The notes beneath the pieces are model-generated. The model was not told the DNA's origin, did not search any database, and saw only the letters and a program-made list of their open reading frames with translations. A program made the translations under genes and the position numbers. From an uncultured Methylomirabilota bacterium (GTDB lineage Bacteria > Methylomirabilota > Methylomirabilia > Methylomirabilales > 2-02-FULL-66-22), in NCBI GenBank assembly GCA_963845565.1, contig CAWJSJ010000001.1:64001-128000 (forward strand): a DNA stretch of 64,000 nucleotides, read 5' to 3'. Below, in pieces: positions 31,651 to 41,119 of this stretch. Position 1 is the stretch's first letter. Each line of letters starts with the position of its first letter.

Positions 31651-33570
31651 ATGAAAGCATATCTGGATATCGAGACCTGCGCCGGCGGGGCCGTGACGGT
31701 GGTCGGCATCTATCGCGAGGATCGCGGATTGCGTCAGTTGGTGGGTGGCGAGATCACCGATGTCACCGTCTGGGAGGCGTTGGACGGCGTTGACACACTC
31801 TGCACGTTCAACGGGGACCGGTTCGACCTTCCGATCCTCGAGCGGCAGGTCCGGCTGGATTTGCGGAAGCAGTTCGCATCGCTGGATCTCTTGCGGGAAT
31901 GCCGCCGGGTGGGTCTGAAGGGCGGGTTGAAGCACTTGGAGGAGCGTTTCGGGATCGCCCGGAATACCCGGGGCATGAACGGGTGGGACGCGTTGCATCT
32001 CTGGGCGCGGTACGAGGCCGAGGGGGACCGGGAGGCGCTGCGTATGCTCTTGGAGTATAACCGCGAGGATGTCATGAATCTCGTGCAGCTCGAACGGATC
32101 GTGGTCGGGGTGGGGTTTGAGGTCGAGCGCGAGAGCAGAGAGCCGAGAGTCGAGAGGCCGAGAGCTGAGCAGATGAGGATCGCGTTTGCGACGGTGGGGT
32201 GCCGCCTCAACCAGTTCGAAACCGATGCCTTGCGAGGAAAGGCGCTGGCGGACGGCTACCAGGCGGTTCCATTCGAAGAGGTCGCGGACGTGTACGTGAT
32301 CAACACGTGCACGGTCACCGCCGAGGCGGATGCGGATTCCCGCCAGTTGACCCGTCGCGCGGTCCGGCGGAACCCGGCCGCGTTGGTGGTCATGACGGGC
32401 TGTTACGCCCAGGCCGCTCCGGACGCAGCCGCGGCCATTCCCGGCGTCGATTTGGTGGTCGGGAATGTCGGGAAATCCGGCCTGCTGGCCGAGGTCCAGC
32501 GGGTGCGTAAGACCGGCGCCGTGCGCGTCCGGGTCGGGGACATCGGCGGTGTCACGCGGATTGACGGCGATGAGTACGGACCCGGCATCGATCCGGACCG
32601 TACCCGCGCCTTCCTGAAGGTACAGGATGGGTGCAATTACACCTGCAGTTTCTGTATCGTCCCCGCGGTCCGCGGTTCGAACCGCAGTCAGTCTCCCGCG
32701 GCCGTGCTGGCAGCGATCCGGCGGCTGCACGCGGCAGGATTTCCCGAGGTGGTGCTCAGCGGGATCCATCTCGGGACATACGGGCGCGACCTGGACCCCC
32801 GGACCACGCTGGTGGCCCTGTGCGAGGCGATCGCGGCGCTCCCCGACGGACCACGGGTGCGCCTGAGTTCCCTCGACCCCCATGAGGTCACGCCGGAGCT
32901 GATTCGAATCCTCGGCGGCTCTCCTCGGTTTTGCCGCCATCTCCACTTGCCGGTCCAAAGCGGCGACGAAGAGATCCTCCGGCGGATGCGGCGAGGCCAC
33001 GGCGCGGCGGAGTTTCGGGCACTGGTCGAGCGGCTCGCGGCGGCCGTGCCGGGGATCGCGGTGACCGCCGACGTCATCGTCGGATTCCCGGGAGAAGGCG
33101 AGGCGGCATTCCAGTGCACCGTCGACCTTCTGGAGGCGTTGCCGCTGGCGGGCCTCCATGTCTTCCGGTACTCGCCCCGACCGGGAACCGCCGCCGCCGA
33201 CTTCCCGGACCGCGTCCCCAAGACGGTGACGCGCGAGCGTAGCCGCGTTCTCCGCGCCCTCGCCGGCCGGAAGGCCCTGGCGTTTCGACGGCAGGCCGTC
33301 GGGAGTGTCCTCGACACGGTGGTGCTGCGCCGCGACGGAAAGACCGACCTGCTGGAGGGGCTGAGCGACAATTATCTCCGCGTCTGGTTTCCGGGCGAGG
33401 CCGCGTTTCAGGGTAGGGTGGTCCGGGTCCGCGCGGATCAGGCGACGGGACAAGGTGTCGTCGGGATGCTGATCGGACGGGAGGCCTCCAGCGCGTGCTG
33501 CGGTGCCGGAATGGGCGATTCTTCAAGGCGTTCCGGGGATTCAGTTGACAGTCCCAAATCGGTGCAGTAA
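31651..33570 (+). CDS. mtaB: In-frame fusion of a YprB/RNase H-like (DEDD) domain (31651 to about 32120) and tRNA t6A37 methylthiotransferase MtaB (from 32173)
   Basis: N-part: YLDIET, TFNGDRFDLP, GGLK, EYNREDV. C-part: GCRLNQFE, INTCTVT, LKVQDGCNYTCSFC (radical SAM), HLPVQSG, TRAM-like end. Confidence 0.85.
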   Translation: MKAYLDIETCAGGAVTVVGIYREDRGLRQLVGGEITDVTVWEALDGVDTLCTFNGDRFDLPILERQVRLDLRKQFASLDLLRECRRVGLKGGLKHLEERFGIARNTRGMNGWDALHLWARYEAEGDREALRMLLEYNREDVMNLVQLERIVVGVGFEVERESREPRVERPRAEQMRIAFATVGCRLNQFETDALRGKALADGYQAVPFEEVADVYVINTCTVTAEADADSRQLTRRAVRRNPAALVVMTGCYAQAAPDAAAAIPGVDLVVGNVGKSGLLAEVQRVRKTGAVRVRVGDIGGVTRIDGDEYGPGIDPDRTRAFLKVQDGCNYTCSFCIVPAVRGSNRSQSPAAVLAAIRRLHAAGFPEVVLSGIHLGTYGRDLDPRTTLVALCEAIAALPDGPRVRLSSLDPHEVTPELIRILGGSPRFCRHLHLPVQSGDEEILRRMRRGHGAAEFRALVERLAAAVPGIAVTADVIVGFPGEGEAAFQCTVDLLEALPLAGLHVFRYSPRPGTAAADFPDRVPKTVTRERSRVLRALAGRKALAFRRQAVGSVLDTVVLRRDGKTDLLEGLSDNYLRVWFPGEAAFQGRVVRVRADQATGQGVVGMLIGREASSACCGAGMGDSSRRSGDSVDSPKSVQ

Positions 33571-33573
33571 TTT
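33545..33573 (+). promoter_or_regulatory. Sigma70-type promoter upstream of the DapA-like gene
   Basis: TTGACA-N17-TAATTT. Confidence 0.6.
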
Positions 33574-33678
33574 CACGCGACCAGCGGCCGATCGAACGTT
33601 CGCCCGGTCGAGGGCACGGGGTGGCCGCTTCGCGGGTGGGTTGAACAATCATGCAGTCGAAAGCAAGGGAGACCTGGG

Positions 33679-34575
33679 ATGGGTAAAGAACTTCGAGGCA
33701 TCATTCCGGCGGTGATCACGCCCTTCACCGCCGACGAGCAGGTGGACGAGCCGGCATTCCGGAAGGTCCTCAACCTGATGGTCGATCACGGCGTCCATGG
33801 CCTCTTCCCGGTCGGGACCGGCGGGGAGTTCTGCGTGCTGACGCTCGACGAGAAGAAGCGCCTGATGGATATCGCGGTCAAGGAGGTGGCGGGGCGCGCC
33901 TTCGTCATGCCAAACGTGGGGGCGATCACCACCGCCGAGTCCGTGGCGCTCGCCCGACACGCCGAGGCGGTGGGCTGCGATGCCGTATCCGCCGTGACGC
34001 CGTATTTCCTGAAACCGTCCCAGGACGAGCTGTTCGAGCACTACCGCACCATCTGTGCCGCGGTGAAGCTGCCGGTTCTGGCGTACAACATCCCGGAGCG
34101 GACCGGGGGCGTGGCCTTGAGCGTGGCGACGGTCGCCCGGCTGGCCCGGGAGGTGTCGAACTTCGCGGGGATCAAGGACAGCACCGGGGATCTCACCAAT
34201 TCGGTGGAATTTCTCCAGGCGACGCCGCCGGGGTTCCGGGTCTTCATGGGGCGGGACACGTTGATCTTCGGCGCGCTGCTGTACGGGTGTGCGGGTGCCG
34301 TGGCGGCTACGGCCAACGTGGCCCCGGCGGTGGCGGTCGGGATCTACCAGGCGGTAGAAGCCGGGGATCTTGCCAAGGCCAGGGAGTTGCAGGCGAAGCT
34401 GGCGCCGGTGCGCAAGCTGTTCGGGGTCGGGTCGCATCCGGCGGGCCTGAAGGAGGCCATGGTCCAGCTCGGCATGATCGAGTGCGGACGCTGTCGTCGG
34501 CCCACACTGGACATCACGCCCGCGCAGAAGGCGGAGGTCACCAAGGTCCTGCGGGAGGCGGGGCTGACGCCGTAG
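33679..34575 (+). CDS. Dihydrodipicolinate synthase-family aldolase (DapA/YjhH-like)
   Basis: ITPF, GTGGE, AYNIP, GIKDS (Schiff-base Lys). Confidence 0.88.
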   Translation: MGKELRGIIPAVITPFTADEQVDEPAFRKVLNLMVDHGVHGLFPVGTGGEFCVLTLDEKKRLMDIAVKEVAGRAFVMPNVGAITTAESVALARHAEAVGCDAVSAVTPYFLKPSQDELFEHYRTICAAVKLPVLAYNIPERTGGVALSVATVARLAREVSNFAGIKDSTGDLTNSVEFLQATPPGFRVFMGRDTLIFGALLYGCAGAVAATANVAPAVAVGIYQAVEAGDLAKARELQAKLAPVRKLFGVGSHPAGLKEAMVQLGMIECGRCRRPTLDITPAQKAEVTKVLREAGLTP

Positions 34576-34589
34576 AGCCGAGAGCCGAC

Positions 34590-34785
34590 CAGGCGCTGAA
34601 AATTCGTTTTCGCTCAGGCTGCTCAAAAAGGTCCAGCCGCAAGGCGGAGCGCCGGGTACCCATCCGCAGGATGGGTGCAGGCGCGAGGCGTACTTAGCGC
34701 GTACGCCGCAGTGCCGCGCGAGCGCGCGGGGTACCCGTCCGCAGGATGGGTCGCAGCAGATGGGCCTTTTTCAGCAGCCTGCTAG
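34590..34785 (-). mobile_element. MITE-like element copy A, at the TAG stop of the TPP-enzyme gene
   Basis: Terminal IRs CAGGCTGCTCAAAAAGG 34615 and CCTTTTTCAGCAGCCTG 34781; homologous to 41117 and 53967 copies. Confidence 0.8.
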
Positions 34786-36392
34786 AGCATCTGGTTGTAG
34801 TCGGCGGGGTCCACCGGGACCTCGATGACGGTCGGGCGATCGGCGGCCAAGGCGGTGGTGACGGCGGCTTCGAATTCGGGCCATGTCAGCGCCCGGACCC
34901 CGTGACACCCGAAGCCCGGGGCGATGCCGGCGAAGTCGATCGGCCCGAAATCCACGCCCGACGCGCGGAACCCCTTTCGTTCCTGATGGAGCCGAATGAG
35001 GTGGAGGCTTCGATCGCACAGCACCACCACGACGACCGGCAAGCGCAGGCGGGCGGCGGTCTCCAGTTCGGAGAGGACCATGGCCAGACCGCCGTCCCCA
35101 GTCACGGCGATCACCGCGCGCTCGGGATGGATCAGCTTGGCGGCCAGGGCGGCGGGAAGCGCCTGTCCCATGGTGGAGAGGCCGTGCGAGACGAGGTACG
35201 TCTGGGGCTGATACGAGCGCCAGATCTGCCCGACCAGCAGCTTGTGGGCGCCGGTGTCCACCGTCAGGATCGCGTCCCGGGGCGCCAGGTCGCGTAAGCG
35301 ACCGAAGAGCCGGGCGGGCGACAGCCCGAGCTGGGTGTGGTCGAGCGACGGCGTGAGAAAGGCCGCCAGTCCCTGCCGGAAGTGGGCGAGGGTGTCGGGT
35401 GGCCAGGTGCGACACGGTTGCGATTTGGTCGCGAGGGCGTTCAGGGTGTCAGGGACGCCACCGATCAGTTCCAGCGCGGGGATGAAGGACGGCTCCCCCA
35501 CGCCGTACTCGGCCACCGAGAGGAACGGGCGTTCCAGATAGAAGGGGCGAATCGCCTCGGTGGGATCGAACCCGATTCCGACCAAGAGGTCGGCCTCTTG
35601 GGCCAACTCGGTGAAGAGCCGGTCTCCCGCCATCCCGGTGCAGGTGGCCGCGAAGAGGGGGTGGTCCTCCGGGACGAGGCCCTTCGCCTTGGGTGTGACC
35701 GCGACGGGGATCTGTGCGGCGTCGAGCCAGCGGAGCAGTCCGGGCCGGCTCGCGATCGGATCGAGGCCGATGCCGACGACGGCGAGGGGCGTCCGAGCCT
35801 CCGCGATCATCCGGGCGGCCCGGTCGATCTCGGCACTCGTCGGGGCGTTGGTGGGCAGCGTCTGGTACGATTCGCTGCGGTTCGCGGCGGCGGGCTCTTC
35901 CATGCGAGCCACGTCCCCCGGCAACGCAAGATACACGGGACCGGGGCGCCCCTCCACGGTAAGGTCCAGGGCGCGCTGTACGGTGGCGGCGGTGTCCGTG
36001 CCGGTCAGGGTCTGGCTCCACTTGGTGATCGGGCGGAACAGGCCCTCCAGGTCGACCCGCTGATGCGGGAGGACGGCCGCCATGGACGTGGCGACCTGGG
36101 CCGAGATCACCAAGAGGGGGGCCCGTTCCAGCAACGCGTTGGCGACGCCGTTCACCAGGTTGGTGGCGCCCGGTCCCACGGTGGCCAGGACGACGCCGGG
36201 GCGTCGGCTGAGCTCTCCGGCGGTTCCGGCCATGATGCAGGCGGCATTTTCGTGCCGCGTGAGGATGAACTCCAGACCCAGGCGGCGGCAGGCGGCCATG
36301 ATCTCGGCGATCTCGCCGCCGGGGAGACCGAAGACACGGCGCACGCCGTTGACGGCGAGGATTCTGGCGACAACGTGGGCGACGGTCGGCAC
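34782..36392 (-). CDS. Thiamine pyrophosphate-dependent enzyme (acetolactate synthase-like)
   Basis: VFGLPG, TRHE, GPGATN, LSTMG, GDGG motif. Confidence 0.92.
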   Translation of the reverse strand: MPTVAHVVARILAVNGVRRVFGLPGGEIAEIMAACRRLGLEFILTRHENAACIMAGTAGELSRRPGVVLATVGPGATNLVNGVANALLERAPLLVISAQVATSMAAVLPHQRVDLEGLFRPITKWSQTLTGTDTAATVQRALDLTVEGRPGPVYLALPGDVARMEEPAAANRSESYQTLPTNAPTSAEIDRAARMIAEARTPLAVVGIGLDPIASRPGLLRWLDAAQIPVAVTPKAKGLVPEDHPLFAATCTGMAGDRLFTELAQEADLLVGIGFDPTEAIRPFYLERPFLSVAEYGVGEPSFIPALELIGGVPDTLNALATKSQPCRTWPPDTLAHFRQGLAAFLTPSLDHTQLGLSPARLFGRLRDLAPRDAILTVDTGAHKLLVGQIWRSYQPQTYLVSHGLSTMGQALPAALAAKLIHPERAVIAVTGDGGLAMVLSELETAARLRLPVVVVVLCDRSLHLIRLHQERKGFRASGVDFGPIDFAGIAPGFGCHGVRALTWPEFEAAVTTALAADRPTVIEVPVDPADYNQML

Positions 36393-36507
36393 GCGCAGGC
36401 TCCTCTGGGTTTCACGAAGGGACTGTTTCTAGCATTCGAAGTATGACCTGTCAAGGCGGCCGCGCTCCGCGAGGACTGCCGTAGCGCGCCGGACCAGGGG
36501 AGGAGCG

Positions 36508-37374
36508 ATGGCAGAGCGGCTGATCGGGATCATCGGCGGGAGCGGCCTGTACGAGATGGACGGATTGGAGATCCTGCGCGAAGAGCGGGTACGCACGCCG
36601 TTCGGTGATCCGTCGGACCGGTACATCCTGGGCCGCCTGGCGGGTCGTCCGGTGGCCTTCCTGGCGCGTCACGGCCGGGGGCATTCCCTGATGCCATCCG
36701 AGCTCAACTTCCGCGCCAACATCTTTGGCTTCAAGCTGCTCGGAGCGGAATGGATCCTCTCCGCCTCGGCCGTGGGCAGCATGAAGGAGGACGTCAAGCC
36801 GCTGGACATTCTGATTCCGGATCAGTTCTTCGATCGCACCAACGGCCGGGCCGGGACGTTCTTCGGGAACGGCCTGATCGTCCATGTCAGTGTGGCGGAT
36901 CCGACGTGCCACGTGGTGGGGGACGTCCTGTATCGAGCGGGCCGGCAGGTGGGGGCCACCATGCACAAGGGGGGCACCTACCTGTGCATCGAGGGTCCGC
37001 AGTTTTCCACGCGGGCCGAGTCGCGGATCTACCGCAGCTGGGGCGTGGACGTCATCGGCATGACGAATCTGCAAGAGGCGAAGCTGGCCCGGGAGGCGGA
37101 GATCTGCTACGCCACCATGGCCCTGATCACGGATTACGACGTCTGGCACGAGACCGAAGACGACGTCAGCGTCGACTCGGTGGTGGCGATCCTGCGGCAG
37201 AACGCGGCCACGGCCCGTGCGGTGCTCCGGGCGGCCGTGACCATGATCCCGGCGGAGCGGAGCTGCCCCTGCGCCCACGCGCTTCGGGATGCCATCATCA
37301 CGGCGCGCGAGAAGGTGCCCGCCGGCGTCAAGCGGGAGCTGGCGCCCATCGTGGGGAAGTACCTGGGGGAATAA
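36508..37374 (+). CDS. mtnP: S-methyl-5'-thioadenosine phosphorylase
   Basis: IGIIGGSG, LARHGRGH, EGPQFSTRAES, IGMT..EAKLARE, TDYD.W. Confidence 0.93.
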   Translation: MAERLIGIIGGSGLYEMDGLEILREERVRTPFGDPSDRYILGRLAGRPVAFLARHGRGHSLMPSELNFRANIFGFKLLGAEWILSASAVGSMKEDVKPLDILIPDQFFDRTNGRAGTFFGNGLIVHVSVADPTCHVVGDVLYRAGRQVGATMHKGGTYLCIEGPQFSTRAESRIYRSWGVDVIGMTNLQEAKLAREAEICYATMALITDYDVWHETEDDVSVDSVVAILRQNAATARAVLRAAVTMIPAERSCPCAHALRDAIITAREKVPAGVKRELAPIVGKYLGE

Positions 37375-37481
37375 CCGATGCACCTTGCGGAGGCTCTCCG
37401 GTCAGAGCCGGCTGTTCGTTGGCAGGCGGACGCAGAACACCGAATATCGCGGCAACACACGACAAGAAAGGAACGCGCACG

Positions 37482-38414
37482 GTGAGTGTTCTGGTGGTGG
37501 GTTCGGTGGCATTCGATACGATTCGGACCCCGTTCGGCGTGGCCACGGAGGTTCTGGGCGGCTCGGCGAACTACTTCTCGGTGGCGGCGAGCTTCTTCAC
37601 CGACGTCCGCTTGGTGGCCGTGGTCGGGGAGGATTTCCCCGATCAGCATCTGGACTTTCTGCGCGGCCGTGGGGTGGACCTGCGGGGCTTGCAGCGGGTG
37701 CCCGGGAAGACCTTCCGGTGGGTGGGCGAATACGGGTTTGATTTCAACGAGGCCCGGACGTTGGACACCCAGCTCAACGTCTTTGCCGACTTCGCGCCGG
37801 AGATCCCCGAGGATTACCGAGACTCGGACGTGGTGTTCCTGGCCAACATCGACCCCGACCTCCAGCGGGAGGTCCTGCAACAGGTACGGCGACCGGCGCT
37901 GGTGGCGGCCGATACCATGAACTACTGGATCACCGGCAAGCCGGATTCCCTCAAACGCACCTTGGCCATGGTGGACGCCCTCGTCATCAACGATGCGGAG
38001 ACCCGACAACTTGCCCAGGAGCCGAATCTGGTCCGGGCCGCGCGCACGATCCAGTCGTGGGGGCCGCGGATTCTGATCATCAAGCGGGGGGAGTACGGCG
38101 CGCTGCTCTGCGCGGAGGGGGAATGGTTCTCGGCCCCCGCGCTGCCGCTGGAGGCCGTCCAGGATCCCACCGGAGCGGGCGATTGCTTCGCCGGCGGCGC
38201 CGTGGGGTACTTGGCCAGCCGCATGCGCTTCGATGCGGCCCACCTGCGGCAGGCCATGATCATGGGGTCGGTCATGGCGTCCTTCAACGTCGAGGCGTTC
38301 TCGTTGGATCGGTTGCGCACCCTGACCGCGGGAGAGATCGAGACCCGCTTCAAGACCTTCAAGCGTCTGGTCCATTTCAACGACCTCGAGACGCGCCCGG
38401 ATGACTCCAGATGA
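37482..38414 (+). CDS. PfkB/ribokinase-family kinase
   Basis: VGSVAFD, LGGSA, DTMNYW, DPTGAGD.FAGG; GTG start after AAGGA. Confidence 0.92.
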   Translation: MSVLVVGSVAFDTIRTPFGVATEVLGGSANYFSVAASFFTDVRLVAVVGEDFPDQHLDFLRGRGVDLRGLQRVPGKTFRWVGEYGFDFNEARTLDTQLNVFADFAPEIPEDYRDSDVVFLANIDPDLQREVLQQVRRPALVAADTMNYWITGKPDSLKRTLAMVDALVINDAETRQLAQEPNLVRAARTIQSWGPRILIIKRGEYGALLCAEGEWFSAPALPLEAVQDPTGAGDCFAGGAVGYLASRMRFDAAHLRQAMIMGSVMASFNVEAFSLDRLRTLTAGEIETRFKTFKRLVHFNDLETRPDDSR

Positions 38415-38454
38415 GGCCGGGACCTCCCGGGTCCCCCTCGCACAGGCGGTGGCC

Positions 38455-39750
38455 ATGACAGACTGGCGCATTTTGGTGGCGGACGACGAGCCGTACGTTG
38501 TGCTGGCGATCAAGGAAGTCCTCGAGAGCCTGCCCGCCAGCGTGCTCGAGGCGCGGGACGGCGAAGAGGCGTTGCGGCTGGCGCGGGCCGAGCGCCCGGA
38601 CCTGATCCTGCTGGACGTGAAGATGCCGGGGCTGGACGGCTTCCAGGTCGCGGCGGCGCTTAAGAAAGACCCCGCGACGGCCGGCATTCCGCTGGTCTTC
38701 TTCAGCGCCCTCGGGGCCCCCAGCGAGAAGATCCGGGGACTGGAACTGGGCGCGGACGACTACCTGGCGAAGCCCATCGACGCCGAGGAGCTGAAGGCGC
38801 GGGCTCGCACGATTCTGCGGCGGAGTCGGCCGCGCAAGGGGCCGTCGTTCGTCGCCAGCGGGCAACTGCAGAACATGAGCCTGCCCTCCCTGGTGCTGGC
38901 CCTCGAGGGGGATCGCCGCACCACGCGACTCCTGTTGACCCGGGGCGAGGACCGCGGCGAGATCATCTTCGTGGACGGCCAGATCACTCGGGCGATCCAG
39001 GGGCCGCGGCAAGGCGAGGCGGCGGTCTACGAACTGTTGACGTGGCAGGACGGCGCGTTCCAGATGGCGGCGGTGGACCCGGCTCAGCAGATCGGGGGCG
39101 AGGTGGCGGCGCCGAACCAGGGTCTACTTCTGGAAGGCCAGCGCCGCCGCGAAGAGATACCGGACTTGAAGGGTCGTCTGGCCGCCATCACCGGGCCTCT
39201 TCGGGTTCCGCCCGCGGTGCGGGAGGCTGTGGACCGAAAGGCGCCGGCGCCCATGACCGGCCTGGTGTCCCTGTTGGACGGCGCACGGGCGATGGAGCAG
39301 ATCCTGGTCCACAGTCCGTTCGATACCTGGGCGACGCTCAAGACGTTGCTCCGACTGCTGGCCGTGGGCGCGTTGGATGCGGCGGCGCCGGAGTCCGAGC
39401 GGCGCGGGGGCTTGCGCCTCAAGGTCGGGCTGTCCATCGAATACCAGAGTCTCGGGTTGTGGCAGGAAAGCGCGACGTTCAATCTGTCGGCCTGGGGTGT
39501 CTTCATCCGGACGGCGGTTCCGTTCGATGCCGGCGAGGAGGTCATCCTGCGTTTCCAGGTGCCCGAGCGCGATCATCCAATCCGGGCCATGGGCCGGGTC
39601 GTATGGGCGAACGCCGATCCCAGCAAATGGGGCGGGATGGGCATGGGGATCCAGTTCGTGGATCTGGGCGACGAGGATCGCGGGGCGATCGAGATACACC
39701 TGGCCAACCTGGTCGCCGGGCAACTGTGCGGGGAGACGGAGAACTCATGA
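38455..39750 (+). CDS. Response regulator: REC + DUF4388 (PatA-N-like) + PilZ; alternative start 38401
   Basis: VADDE, LLDVKMP, KP; SGQL..SLPSLV..L; RRGGLR and NLSAWG; GMGIQF. Confidence 0.85.
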   Translation: MTDWRILVADDEPYVVLAIKEVLESLPASVLEARDGEEALRLARAERPDLILLDVKMPGLDGFQVAAALKKDPATAGIPLVFFSALGAPSEKIRGLELGADDYLAKPIDAEELKARARTILRRSRPRKGPSFVASGQLQNMSLPSLVLALEGDRRTTRLLLTRGEDRGEIIFVDGQITRAIQGPRQGEAAVYELLTWQDGAFQMAAVDPAQQIGGEVAAPNQGLLLEGQRRREEIPDLKGRLAAITGPLRVPPAVREAVDRKAPAPMTGLVSLLDGARAMEQILVHSPFDTWATLKTLLRLLAVGALDAAAPESERRGGLRLKVGLSIEYQSLGLWQESATFNLSAWGVFIRTAVPFDAGEEVILRFQVPERDHPIRAMGRVVWANADPSKWGGMGMGIQFVDLGDEDRGAIEIHLANLVAGQLCGETENS

Positions 39751-39805
39751 TGCCGTTCGGCCGGAATGGGGTGGAGCACACGACGGAGAGAAACGGGGAC
39801 GGGCG

Positions 39806-41119
39806 ATGACAGCGTGGCGCGTGTTGCTGGCGGAAGATGAGCCGCTCATGGCCCAGATGATGGCGGACATGCTGGCCGAGTTGCCGGTCGAGGTGACCCT
39901 GGCCCGCAACGGGCGGGAGGCGCTGGCCCAAATGGAGCGGGTCCAACCGGATCTGGTGCTCCTCGATTGCATGATGCCGGAGCTGGACGGTTTCGAGGTC
40001 GCCGCCGCCCTCAAGGCCACCCCCGCCACCCAGGACATCCCGATCATCTTCCTGACGGCCCGCGGCCGGGTCGAGGACAAGGTGCGGGGCCTCGAGTTGG
40101 GCGCGGAGGACTATCTCATCAAACCCGTCCGACGCGAGGAGTTGTTGGCGCGGGTGCGGAACGTCCTGCGTCGCTGCGAGGCCCGTCGGGCCGCCGTGCC
40201 GGCGGAGTCGTCGCTGATGCGCGGCCGCCTGGAGGTCATGGGACTGCCCAACATCGTCCAGGTGCTGGAAGCGGAGCGGCGTACGGGCACGCTCCGGCTG
40301 ACCAGCCAGGGGCGGCGCGGCGAGATCCTGTTCCTGGAGGGGCGGGTATCGTACGCCGTCGAGGGCCCGCGCCAGGGAGAGCCGGCCGTGTACCGGATGC
40401 TGGCCTGGGACAAGGGCGACTTCGAGCTGGAGCTGACCTCGGGCACGGGTCCCACGGCCGCCCAGATCACGCGGCCGAATCAATCGCTGTTGATGGAGGG
40501 GGTACGCCGTCTGGACGAGATCCCGGCACTCCGTCGCGCCGTGGGGTCGTCGGACGGAGCCGTCAAGATGTTCCCGGTCTTTCGGGACGGTCTGCTCCGG
40601 CGCACGTTGCCGAGCGGGTTCCAGCAGCTGGTGATGCTCTGCGACGGCAGCCACGATCTCGGACAGCTCCTGGACACCAGCGCCCTGGACGAATGGGCGG
40701 TCTTGCGCTACCTGGCGCGCTTCATGAAGCTGGGAATGCTGGAGCACGGCGTGGCCGCCAAGCGCACGTCCCCACGCCTGGGTATTCAGATCCCCGTCGA
40801 GTTCACCAGCGTGAAGGAGCTCAAGGCGGCTCGCAGCCTGGACGTCTCGGCGCGCGGGCTGTTCCTCCGCACCGGCCAGGTGTACCCGGTCGGCGACGAT
40901 GTCCTGGTCCGGTTCAACTTGCCCGGTGTCCCCGAGCCGTTCAAGACGGTGGGGCGTGTCATGTGGAGCAGCGCGACGGACACCCCCCAGGGCTTGCCGG
41001 CGGGCATGGGCATTCAATTTCTCGACCTGGATGGGCGGGAGCAGGAAATCATCGAGCAGTACGTCGTCGAACTGTTGCTCGATCGGGTCCTGACCGAAGA
41101 GCCCAACGGCAAGACATAG
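39806..41119 (+). CDS. Response regulator: REC + DUF4388 + PilZ (tandem paralog)
   Basis: LAEDE, LLDCMMP; RGRLEVMGLPNIVQ..RRTGTL; KRTSPR and DVSARG; GMGIQF. Confidence 0.87.
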   Translation: MTAWRVLLAEDEPLMAQMMADMLAELPVEVTLARNGREALAQMERVQPDLVLLDCMMPELDGFEVAAALKATPATQDIPIIFLTARGRVEDKVRGLELGAEDYLIKPVRREELLARVRNVLRRCEARRAAVPAESSLMRGRLEVMGLPNIVQVLEAERRTGTLRLTSQGRRGEILFLEGRVSYAVEGPRQGEPAVYRMLAWDKGDFELELTSGTGPTAAQITRPNQSLLMEGVRRLDEIPALRRAVGSSDGAVKMFPVFRDGLLRRTLPSGFQQLVMLCDGSHDLGQLLDTSALDEWAVLRYLARFMKLGMLEHGVAAKRTSPRLGIQIPVEFTSVKELKAARSLDVSARGLFLRTGQVYPVGDDVLVRFNLPGVPEPFKTVGRVMWSSATDTPQGLPAGMGIQFLDLDGREQEIIEQYVVELLLDRVLTEEPNGKT

